49,584 nt of DNA, taken from positions 1-49,584 of the forward strand of contig CAZYYP010000003.1 of NCBI GenBank assembly GCA_964651695.1, written 5' to 3'. Positions 26,687 through 33,939 of the stretch are shown here, piece after piece. Numbering within the stretch: the stretch's first letter is position 1; each line of letters starts with the position of its first letter. The DNA is from an uncultured Gaiellales bacterium. Lineage in GTDB: Bacteria > Actinomycetota > Thermoleophilia > Gaiellales > JALYLC01. Both the position numbers and the translations under genes were made by a program. The notes beneath the pieces were generated by a model, which had not been told where the DNA came from, did no database searches, and worked only from the letters and a program-made list of their open reading frames with translations.

Positions 26687-27306
26687 CAGTCGCCTTCGAC
26701 GAGCGCCCGGAGCCCCTGCAGGTCATAGGAGAGCTCCCCCGCCGCATACCGCACGCGCATCGCCCGCTCGCGCTCCTCGCGCTCGAGCGCGAGCGGCCGC
26801 ACCTCGTTCATCCGCTCGGCCGGGAGCGCCAGCGCGCCGTCGCAGTCCATCACGACGAGGTCGCCCGGGCGGATGGCGGCACCGCCGATCGCGACCGGGA
26901 CGTCGAGTTGCCCCACCCCGCCCTTGGTCGCGCCCGAGGCGCGCACCCAGCGCGCCCAGATCGGCAGGCCGATGGAGACGAGCTCGTCGAGGTCGCGGAC
27001 GGCGCCGTCGACGAGCATCCCCGCGGCGCCCTGCTCCCGGGCCTGCGTGGCGAGCAGCTCGCCGATGAACGCGATCGGCGCGGGCTCGGCCGAGGTGAGC
27101 ACGAGGATGTCGCCCGGCTGCGCGTGGGCGATGACGGCGTGCACCATCGTGTTGTCGCCGGGCGTGCAGACGGCGATGCGCGCGGGGCCGGCGACGCGCG
27201 ATCCGGGGACGACCTGGGTCAGCGGGAGGTCGACGACACCGGTGCGGCCCGCGGCCTCGTGCACGGTCGAGACACCGAGCCTGGCGAAGACGGCGTAGTC
27301 GGTCAC
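26686..27306 (-). CDS. RraA-fold class II aldolase, 4-carboxy-4-hydroxy-2-oxoadipate / HMG aldolase type (LigK/GalC-like)
   Basis: GTG at 27306 overlaps the upstream stop as GTGA and is in frame with ORF 26686..27480. Sequence VTDYAVFARLGVSTVHEAAGRTGVVDL...CTPGDNTMVHAVIAHAQPGDILVL...GELLATQAREQGAAGMLVDGAVRD...PIWARWVRASGATKGG. Confidence 0.8.
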   Translation of the reverse strand: MTDYAVFARLGVSTVHEAAGRTGVVDLPLTQVVPGSRVAGPARIAVCTPGDNTMVHAVIAHAQPGDILVLTSAEPAPIAFIGELLATQAREQGAAGMLVDGAVRDLDELVSIGLPIWARWVRASGATKGGVGQLDVPVAIGGAAIRPGDLVVMDCDGALALPAERMNEVRPLALEREERERAMRVRYAAGELSYDLQGLRALVEGD

Positions 27307-28016
27307 AGCGCGTCCAGCACGACGGGGATCTCGCGCATGAACGCCTCGGCGTAGCGGATGCCGCTGCGGCCCGAGATCCGCCGTGCGTGGTTGGCGCGGT
27401 GCTCCCCGCGCTCCGCGTAGTACTGCTTGAGGTAGCCCTGGGCGCCCATCGCCTCCATCGCGGCGAGCTTCCTCGGCCACACGGGCGTGATGTCGAGGAA
27501 CGTGGTCGGCACGAAGCCGCAGAGCTCGGGCTGGTGGGGCTCGAAGATCAGGAGCTCGGGCGGCGCGATCGTCTTGAATGCGCTCGCGACGCCGGCGCCG
27601 CTCGCCAGCTGCCGGGCTTGCACGGTCGCATCGTGCGCGACGCCGTGATCGGGGTTGAACGGGTCGAGCGCGGCGTGCGTGAGGATCAGCCGCGGCTCGA
27701 GCTCGCGGATCAGATCCGTCAGCAGCTCGACGGCGGCCGCGTCCATGACGAGCGGATAGTCGCCGAGGTCGAGGCTGCGGAAGTCCGCGCCCAGCGCGGT
27801 CGCCGCCGCCAGCGCCTCCTGGTGCCGGATCTCCTTGACGCGCTGCTCGGTCTGCCCCGCCTGTTTCCAGAGCTCGCCCGACTCGCCGCGCTCGCCGTAG
27901 GAGAGCGAGACGATGTGCACCGTGCCGCCGGCCTCGACGACCGTCGCGATCGCGCCCGCCGCGCGCCAGACGAAGTCGGCCGAGTGGGCGCTCACGACGA
28001 GGGCGGTCTTAGGCAC
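27303..28016 (-). CDS. PIG-L/LmbE-fold zinc enzyme, GalB-like (putative 4-oxalomesaconate hydratase)
   Basis: GTG start at 28016. MPKTALVVSAHSADFVWRAAGAIATVVEAGGTVHIVSLSYGERGES...DPFNPDHGVAHD carries the PIG-L metal motif (HxxD ... H). The gene sits immediately upstream of a LigK/GalC-type aldolase, as in the P. putida gal cluster. Confidence 0.7.
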   Translation of the reverse strand: MPKTALVVSAHSADFVWRAAGAIATVVEAGGTVHIVSLSYGERGESGELWKQAGQTEQRVKEIRHQEALAAATALGADFRSLDLGDYPLVMDAAAVELLTDLIRELEPRLILTHAALDPFNPDHGVAHDATVQARQLASGAGVASAFKTIAPPELLIFEPHQPELCGFVPTTFLDITPVWPRKLAAMEAMGAQGYLKQYYAERGEHRANHARRISGRSGIRYAEAFMREIPVVLDAL

Positions 28017-28908
28017 CGGCGAGCATTCTCGTGTTGGCGACCGCCATGGTGCGGATGTCGTCCTCGGCGAACCCGGCCTCGAGCAGGCGGTCGGCCATCA
28101 GCGCCAGTCCATCCTCGACCGGCGGGTTCGCGACCTGGCCGAGGTCGGTGGAGAGCACGTTGACGGCCGGCCCGGTGGCCCGGATCGCCTCGAACGTCGC
28201 CTCCCAGGACACCTTGCCGGTGTGGATCGGCGCGAAGCAGCGCTCGAGCAGCGCGCCCTGCCGTGCGAGCTCCCGCTGCTCGTCGACGGGCACGCCCTGG
28301 GTCGGGTAGTCGGGGTGGGTCACGACGACGCGGGCGACGCCCGCCGCGAGCGCGGCATCGACGGCCATGTGGATCTCGGCGCGCCCGAGGTGCCCGGTTG
28401 CGAGCACGAGGTCGTGCCGGGCGACGACCGCGAGCACCGGCGCGAGCGCCGCGGGCGTGACGGGTACCGGCCCGCCGGCGACCCCGGCGGCCTCGAACTC
28501 GTTCTGGATCGTGCGCCACACGGGCTGCTTGGCGGGCTTCGGGCCATCCTCACCGGCCTCGTTCTCGGAGTCGACGGTCGGCAGCCAGACGATCCTGGCG
28601 CCCCCGCGCGCGGCGATCTCGACCGCCTGCGCGTTGAGCCCGCCGACGCCCGCGTTGAGCGCGATCGCCCCGAGCGCGTCCACACCCGGCACTGCCGCCC
28701 GCACGACCGCGGCGCGCTCCGCCGTCGGGACGTAGTGCGACTTGAGCACGAAGCCCGCGAGCCCGAGCTCGGCGAAGCGGCGCGCGAGCGAGAGGTCGTC
28801 GATGCGGCGCTTCGCGAGGTCCGGCTCGACGTGGACGTGGAGGTCGTAGGCCCCGCGGACGAGCTCCCGCGCGCGGGAGCTCGGCTCAGTGGCCGGCGCT
28901 GCGGGCAA
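28009..28908 (-). CDS. Uncharacterised amidohydrolase-fold (HxH) protein
   Basis: TTG at 28908 is the only start codon upstream of the DLHVHVEPD metal motif, with GGAGGA about 9 nt upstream. VLKSHYVPTAERA, VWLPTVDS and VVVTHPDYP suggest a TIM-barrel metallohydrolase. I do not recognise any characterised homologue. Confidence 0.55.
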   Translation of the reverse strand: MPAAPATEPSSRARELVRGAYDLHVHVEPDLAKRRIDDLSLARRFAELGLAGFVLKSHYVPTAERAAVVRAAVPGVDALGAIALNAGVGGLNAQAVEIAARGGARIVWLPTVDSENEAGEDGPKPAKQPVWRTIQNEFEAAGVAGGPVPVTPAALAPVLAVVARHDLVLATGHLGRAEIHMAVDAALAAGVARVVVTHPDYPTQGVPVDEQRELARQGALLERCFAPIHTGKVSWEATFEAIRATGPAVNVLSTDLGQVANPPVEDGLALMADRLLEAGFAEDDIRTMAVANTRMLAGA

Positions 28909-29869
28909 GGAGCACGTCCTCCTCGGGCACCGGCGGCGTGCCCTTGATGTGGAACGACGCGACCGTCTGCATCCCCCACGCCTGCCCCTTGGCGCGCTCC
29001 GCCTGCGTCCAGACGACGGGCTCGTGCGCGGGGTCGAAGATCAGGAACCCGCCGGCGCAGACCTCGATGCGGTTGCCGCCCGGCTCGTAGGTGTAGAGGA
29101 AGAACGTCTGCTGGATCGCGTGCTTGTGTGGCCCCGACTCCATCACGATGCCGTGCTCGAGGAAGATGTCGGCCGCCCGTAGCACGTCCTCGCGCTGATC
29201 CACGAAGAACGCGAGGTGGTGCAGCCGGCCGCGCGTCCCCGTGACGTCGCGCGTGTAGGTGAGGTCGTACGACTTCTGGTTGGAGGCGAGCCAGACGCCG
29301 GCCTCCTTGCCGTCGTCGAGCACGATCTGCTCGGTCAGCCGCAGGCCGAGGTACTGCTCGCAGAAGACGCGGTTCTCGCCCGGATCGACGGCCAGGAAGT
29401 TGACGTGGTCGAGATGGCGCACGCCGACGCCGCGCCCCGGGTAGCGCTGCGGCTGGTTCTTGAGCGCGGGCCGCAGCTCCGGCGGCGCGACGTACCGCTC
29501 GGACTCGTAGAACAGCTCGATCCGGTGACCGTCGGGATCCAGGAAGCTGTACGCCCGGCCGTGACCGAGATCGCCGTCGATCCAGCCGCCCCCGCTGGCG
29601 CCCGCCTCGAGCTCGGCGACGCGCCGCTCCAGCGCCTCCGGGCTGTGCGTGCGGTACGCGAGGTGCCCGACGCCCGACTGCGGGGAGGCCGTGAGCTTGA
29701 GCGACGAGCGCTCGTAGTCGCCGAACCCACGCAGGTAGACCGAGTCGCCGTGCTCCCCGGAGATCTCCATGCCCAGGATCTCCCGGAAGTAGAACAGGCT
29801 CTCCTCGGGCTTCGGCGTCAGGAGCTCGACGTGGGAGAGGTGCGCGATGTCGCGCACGTGCTCGCTCAC
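28886..29869 (-). CDS. Type I (vicinal-oxygen-chelate) extradiol ring-cleavage dioxygenase, catechol 2,3-dioxygenase family
   Basis: GTG at 29869 overlaps the GMC stop as GTGA and is in frame with ORF 28886..31564. Metal-ligand contexts RHLDHVNFLA, RLHHLAFFVD and FLYTYEPGGNRIEV are present, plus GPHKHAIQQ. Two-domain size of 327 aa. Confidence 0.9.
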   Translation of the reverse strand: MSEHVRDIAHLSHVELLTPKPEESLFYFREILGMEISGEHGDSVYLRGFGDYERSSLKLTASPQSGVGHLAYRTHSPEALERRVAELEAGASGGGWIDGDLGHGRAYSFLDPDGHRIELFYESERYVAPPELRPALKNQPQRYPGRGVGVRHLDHVNFLAVDPGENRVFCEQYLGLRLTEQIVLDDGKEAGVWLASNQKSYDLTYTRDVTGTRGRLHHLAFFVDQREDVLRAADIFLEHGIVMESGPHKHAIQQTFFLYTYEPGGNRIEVCAGGFLIFDPAHEPVVWTQAERAKGQAWGMQTVASFHIKGTPPVPEEDVLLARSAGH

Positions 29870-31311
29870 GCGAGGTACCCGTGCGGATCCGCGTGCAGAT
29901 GCCCGGCGAGGCGGTCGGCCAGCGCCATGATGGTGAGCGACGGGTTGACGGAGAGCGTGCGCGGGACGAGCGAGCCGTCGCCGACATAGAGCCGCTTGAC
30001 GTCCCAGCACTGCGCATCGGCGTCGACGACCGAGCGCTCGGGATCGCTGCCCATCCGGCACGTCCCCTGCACGTGCGTCGTCAGGAGCCCCGTCCAGCGG
30101 ACGCGCGTCGCGCCGGCCTCGGTGAGCACCGTGCGCGAGAAGTCGAGCGCGCCGTCGATGCGCGCCTGCTCGCGCTCGTTGAACGCCGCCTCGAACGACT
30201 CCCCGCCGTTCTCGTCCAGCGACACGCGGCCGTTGTTCTCGTCGTTGACCATCGCGAGCAGGCCGATCCAGTGGCGGAAGCCCCGCACCGCCTCGACGAG
30301 CGCCGATCCCCAGAGCGGGCCGTCCTCGTCCTCGAGCGTCGTCGCGAAGCCGATGGGATCCTGGATCGTCGTCGCCTCGACGACGAAGCCGCCGTCCTCG
30401 TCGTGCTGGTGCCGCATCGCGTGCGCGGTGATCGGATACACCATGTGCGCGTCCTGCGGCTCGTCGAACAGCCCGTACACGAGGCGCGCCGGATGGAAGC
30501 CGAGATTGCGGCCGACCAGGCGGCTGCTCGGGCTGTCGGGCAGGCCCGAGCGCATCAGCAGCTGCGGCGTGTTGAGCGTGCCGCCCGCGACCACGACGGC
30601 ACCGGCGCCGACACGCCTCGTCGTCCCGTCGCCGTCGACGTACTCGACGCCGCGGGCCTCGCCGTCCTCGATCACGACGCGGTCGACGCGGGCGCCCGCG
30701 CGCAGCTCGAGGCGGCCCGCGGCCCAGGCGTCGTGGATGTAGGTGTTGAGCGTGGACTTGCCGGCATTCGTCGGGCAGCCCTGGAGGCACGAGCCGCAGC
30801 GCATGCAGTTGCCGTCGGTGTACGAGCGCACCGGCGAGAGCTCGGCGCCGAGCGCGCGGAACGCCGGCTCCACGGTGCGCACGCTCCTCGGCCAGTCGTT
30901 CCGCTCGCGCACGCCGAGCCGCGCCTCGACGCGGTCGTAGTGCGGCGCGAGGTCGGACGGGCCGAAGGGCGCGCCGCCGGCGCCCTCGAGGCCGCTCGCG
31001 ACCCCCCACTTGGCGAAGTCGTTGGCGTGGGCGCGCAGCGCCACCTTGGTGTTGACGGTCGTACTGCCGCCCACGCAGCGACCGCCGAGCAGCGCGACCG
31101 CCCCGCCGGCCCCGCCGTCGATCAGCGCGAACCGGATCGGCCAGAAGAGGTCGTTCGTGGCCTTGGCCTCCCAGCGCGTGAAGTCGGCGGCCGTGAGATG
31201 CGGGCCCTGCTCCAGCAGGAGCACCCGCCGCCCGCGGTCGGCGAGCTCGCCCGCGACGATGCCGCCGCCCGCGCCGGAACCGACGACGACGACGTCGAAG
31301 CGCTCGCTCAT
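29866..31311 (-). CDS. GMC family FAD oxidoreductase (flavoprotein subunit of a two-subunit dehydrogenase)
   Basis: ATG at 31311 (residue 49 of ORF 29866..31455) overlaps the small-subunit stop as ATGA. MSERFDVVVVGSGAGGGIVAGELADRGRRVLLLEQG. C-terminal GTCRMGSDPERSVVD...LYVGDGSLVPRTLSVNPSLTIMALADRLAGHL. Confidence 0.9.
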   Translation of the reverse strand: MSERFDVVVVGSGAGGGIVAGELADRGRRVLLLEQGPHLTAADFTRWEAKATNDLFWPIRFALIDGGAGGAVALLGGRCVGGSTTVNTKVALRAHANDFAKWGVASGLEGAGGAPFGPSDLAPHYDRVEARLGVRERNDWPRSVRTVEPAFRALGAELSPVRSYTDGNCMRCGSCLQGCPTNAGKSTLNTYIHDAWAAGRLELRAGARVDRVVIEDGEARGVEYVDGDGTTRRVGAGAVVVAGGTLNTPQLLMRSGLPDSPSSRLVGRNLGFHPARLVYGLFDEPQDAHMVYPITAHAMRHQHDEDGGFVVEATTIQDPIGFATTLEDEDGPLWGSALVEAVRGFRHWIGLLAMVNDENNGRVSLDENGGESFEAAFNEREQARIDGALDFSRTVLTEAGATRVRWTGLLTTHVQGTCRMGSDPERSVVDADAQCWDVKRLYVGDGSLVPRTLSVNPSLTIMALADRLAGHLHADPHGYLA

Positions 31312-31670
31312 GCGATCCCCAGGTAGGACCAGTCCTTCGCCAGACGGGTGGCGAGCGGAGTATTGAAGTCGATCTCGGCCCACGCGCCCGTCGCATCGAC
31401 ACCGGGCGCGACGAAGTCGCTGTAGAAGGCCTCGATCGCGAGCGCCCGCGCCCACAGGAACGCGGGTGTGCGCACCTGCGCGGCGATGTCCCCGGCCGCG
31501 AGCGCCGCGAACGCGGCCACGGCGGCGGCACGCACCGGCGCGTCCATGCGGGCGAGCAGCGCATCGACGTAGATCTCCGGGCGCACCCGCGCCGAGCCGG
31601 GGACGATCGCGTCGCAGACGCCCGCGATCATGCGCGCAGTCTCGTCGTCGAGCACCTGCAGGTCGGCCAT
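31308..31670 (-). CDS. Gluconate-2-dehydrogenase-subunit-3-like small subunit, no Tat signal
   Basis: MADLQVLDDETARMIAGVCDAIVPGS... resembles the mature part of the small (gamma) subunits that partner GMC flavoproteins. No twin-arginine leader is present in any candidate N-terminus. The start is ambiguous (ATG at 31670, 31682 or 31700). Confidence 0.55.
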   Translation of the reverse strand: MADLQVLDDETARMIAGVCDAIVPGSARVRPEIYVDALLARMDAPVRAAAVAAFAALAAGDIAAQVRTPAFLWARALAIEAFYSDFVAPGVDATGAWAEIDFNTPLATRLAKDWSYLGIA

Positions 31671-31800
31671 GCGGTCGATCATAAGGAACGCTCGTCCCAT
31701 GCGGGCGTTTGCGTCTGGCGAGTGGCAGGGGTCGCCGGGCACCACGCCCGCATGAGACGAGCCCTCGGTCGTGGCGCGCGCGGCGTGCAAACCGGGATCG

Positions 31801-31819
31801 ATATCAGGCCACCTGATAT
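31801..31819. promoter_or_regulatory. Perfect inverted repeat ATATCAGG-cca-CCTGATAT, candidate MarR operator overlapping a TATATT -10-like box
   Basis: 8-bp perfect arms with a 3-bp spacer, read directly at 31801-31819. It ends 33 nt upstream of the ech GTG start (31852), inside a locally AT-rich patch. TATATT lies at 31817-31822. A MarR gene is co-transcribed with ech. Confidence 0.45.
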
Positions 31820-31851
31820 ATTCGGCCGATACGCGACGAGAGGAAGGCGCC

Positions 31852-32691
31852 GTGAGCTACGCGGACCGATGGACGACCGTGAAGGTCGAGATCGACGACG
31901 GTGTCGCCTGGGTCGAGCTCAACCGGCCCGAGAAGCGCAACGCGATGAGCCCGACCCTCAACGCCGAGATGGTCGAGGTCCTGCTCGCGCTCGATGCCGA
32001 CGACGACTGCGGCGTGCTCGTGCTCACCGGCGCCGGCGACTCCTGGTCGGCCGGCATGGATCTCAAGGAGTACTTCCGGGAGGTCGACGGCGGGCCGGAT
32101 CACGTGCAGCGCAGGGTGCGCCGTGACGCGGCCCTGTGGCAGTGGCGCCTCCTGCGCACCTACGCGAAGCCGACCATTGCGATGGTCAACGGCTGGTGCT
32201 TCGGTGGCGCGTTCACGCCGCTCGTCGCGTGCGACCTCGCGATCGCCGCGGACGAGGCGACGTTCGGGCTCTCCGAGATCAACTGGGGCATCCCGCCCGG
32301 CAGCGTCGTCAGCAAGGCCCTCTCGGACACGGTCGGCTCGCGCGCGGGCCTGCTCTACGTGATGACCGGCCGCACGTTCGACGGCACGCAGGCCGCGGCG
32401 ATGGGCCTCGTCAACTCGAGTGTCCCGCGCGCGCAGCTGCGCGCCGAGGTCGAGCAGCTCGCACGCGAGCTGCTGGCCAAGAACCCCGTCGTGCTGCGCG
32501 CCGCGAAGCTCGGCTACAAGCACACGGGGACGATGAGCTGGGATCAGGCCGAGGACTACCTCTACGCCAAGCTCGAGCAGTCGCAGTTCCTCGACACCGA
32601 ACGCGGCCGCGAGCACGGCCTCGGGCAGTTCCTCGACGAGAAGCGCATCAAGCCGGGCCTGCAGACCTACGAGCGCCCGGCCGAGACGTGA
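31852..32691 (+). CDS. ech: 4-hydroxycinnamoyl-CoA (feruloyl-CoA) hydratase/lyase, HCHL/Ech
   Basis: GTG at 31852 with AGGAAGG 6 nt upstream. VSYADRWTTVKVEIDDGVAWVELNRPEKRNAMSPTLNAEMVEVL...VLVLTGAGDSWSAGMDLKEYFREVD...YAKPTIAMVNGWCFGGAFTPLVACDLAIAADEATFGLSEINWGIPPG...NPVVLRAAK...EDYLYAKL...KPGLQTYER is near-collinear with Pseudomonas HCHL as I remember it. Confidence 0.9.
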   Translation: MSYADRWTTVKVEIDDGVAWVELNRPEKRNAMSPTLNAEMVEVLLALDADDDCGVLVLTGAGDSWSAGMDLKEYFREVDGGPDHVQRRVRRDAALWQWRLLRTYAKPTIAMVNGWCFGGAFTPLVACDLAIAADEATFGLSEINWGIPPGSVVSKALSDTVGSRAGLLYVMTGRTFDGTQAAAMGLVNSSVPRAQLRAEVEQLARELLAKNPVVLRAAKLGYKHTGTMSWDQAEDYLYAKLEQSQFLDTERGREHGLGQFLDEKRIKPGLQTYERPAET

Positions 32692-33134
32692 CCGCAGAGC
32701 CGCGGCTCAGCTACGTCATCGGGCGGCTCGACCGTATCCTCCGCCGTCGGCTCGCCGCGGCCGTCGAGCCGTGCGGCCTGACGCTGCCCGCCTATACCGC
32801 GCTCTCGGTGCTGCGGGCACACGACGGGCTCTCCAACGCACGGCTCGCCCGTCGCTCGCTGGTGACGCCGCAATCGATGAGCGAGGTGCTCGGACTGCTC
32901 GTCGACCGGGGCTACGTGCGGCGGCTCGCGGAACCGGGGCACGCGCGGATCATCCGCATGGAGCTGACGCGGGCCGGGAGCCGCGTGCTCGAGCGCTGCG
33001 ACGAAGCGGTCGACGCGGTCGAGCGGGCGATGCTCGGCTCGCTCGACGCCGACGAGGCGGCGGGCATCCGCGACACCCTGGCCGGCTGGGGCCGCGCGCT
33101 CGAGCATCAGCCCGCCGGGAGCACGGCCGGATGA
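32688..33134 (+). CDS. MarR family transcriptional regulator
   Basis: GTG at 32688 overlaps the ech stop as GTGA and is in frame with ORF 32136..33134. LTLPAYTALSVLRAHDGLSNARLARRSLVTPQSMSEVLGLLVDRGYVRR is the MarR winged-helix core. Confidence 0.9.
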   Translation: MTAEPRLSYVIGRLDRILRRRLAAAVEPCGLTLPAYTALSVLRAHDGLSNARLARRSLVTPQSMSEVLGLLVDRGYVRRLAEPGHARIIRMELTRAGSRVLERCDEAVDAVERAMLGSLDADEAAGIRDTLAGWGRALEHQPAGSTAG

Positions 33135-33210
33135 GCGGCGCGCGCCCGTCGTCGCTAGTCTGCGAGCCGATCATCGCTCCTGGATCCGCAACCGAGGAGG
33201 ACGGTGCCGC

Positions 33211-33939
33211 TTGAGCACGCGAGCCGAGGAGCTGCAGCGCGTCGACGACGACGAGCGGGCGACCCGTGACGCCGATCCGGCGTACTTCACCCCGGAGTAC
33301 GTCGGCACCCGCCTGCGTGCCCCGCGCAAGCCCCTGCTGCTGCTGCCGGAGCGGCTGTCGGAGCTGTCCGGCCCGGCCTTCGGGACGGACGACGTGCGCG
33401 CGAGCGACAGCGATCTCACCCAGCAGCACGACGGCGAGCCGATCGGCGAGCGCATCATCGTGAGCGGGCGCGTGCTGGGCTCGGACGGCAGGCCCGTGCG
33501 CAGCGCGCTGATCGAGATCTGGCAGGCCAACGCGGCCGGCCGCTACCACCATCAGGTCGACCAGCACCCGGCGCCGCTCGACCCGAACTTCACGGGCGGG
33601 GGCCGCGTCCTGACCGACGACGAGGGTGGCTACCGCTTCATCACCATCAAGCCCGGCGCCTATCCGTGGCGCAACCACGACAACGCATGGCGCCCGGCCC
33701 ACATCCATCTCTCGGTCTTCGGCAGCGCGTTCACCGAGCGCCTCGTGACCCAGATGTACTTCCCGGGCGACCCGCTCTTCGCCTACGACCCGATCTACCA
33801 GTCGGTGCGCGATCCCGCCGCGCGCGAGCGCATGATCAGCACGTTCGACCTCGCCTCCACGAAGCCCGAGTGGGCACTCGCGTATCACTTCGACGTGGTG
33901 CTCGGCGGGACCCTCGCAACGCCGCTGGAGAACGCGTGA
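33211..33939 (+). CDS. pcaH: Protocatechuate 3,4-dioxygenase beta subunit
   Basis: TTG start with GAGGAGG 10 nt upstream. IEIWQANAAGRYHHQVDQHPAPLDPNFTGGGRVLTDDEGGYRFITIKPGAYPWRNHDNAWRPAHIHLSVFG. Confidence 0.95.
   Translation: MSTRAEELQRVDDDERATRDADPAYFTPEYVGTRLRAPRKPLLLLPERLSELSGPAFGTDDVRASDSDLTQQHDGEPIGERIIVSGRVLGSDGRPVRSALIEIWQANAAGRYHHQVDQHPAPLDPNFTGGGRVLTDDEGGYRFITIKPGAYPWRNHDNAWRPAHIHLSVFGSAFTERLVTQMYFPGDPLFAYDPIYQSVRDPAARERMISTFDLASTKPEWALAYHFDVVLGGTLATPLENA

Noticed and set aside
21871-26747. ORFs 21871..23973 (-, 700 aa) and 24735..26747 (-, 670 aa)
   Set aside because: These are antisense/alternative-frame shadows of the CoA ligase, the saccharopine-dehydrogenase-like gene and the DUF1932 gene. 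They show low-complexity Arg-rich translation.
28886-31564. Apparent 892-aa fusion protein (also the 664-aa 18478..20472, 535-aa 19515..21122, 696-aa 35894..37984, 643-aa 43111..45042 and 643-aa 5033..6964 ORFs)
   Set aside because: Only the C-terminal part of each carries a recognisable domain. The N-terminal extensions run through the upstream neighbour in another frame and are compositionally junk. In every case an in-frame GTG/ATG sits exactly at a stop/start overlap or behind an SD. These are not multidomain fusions.
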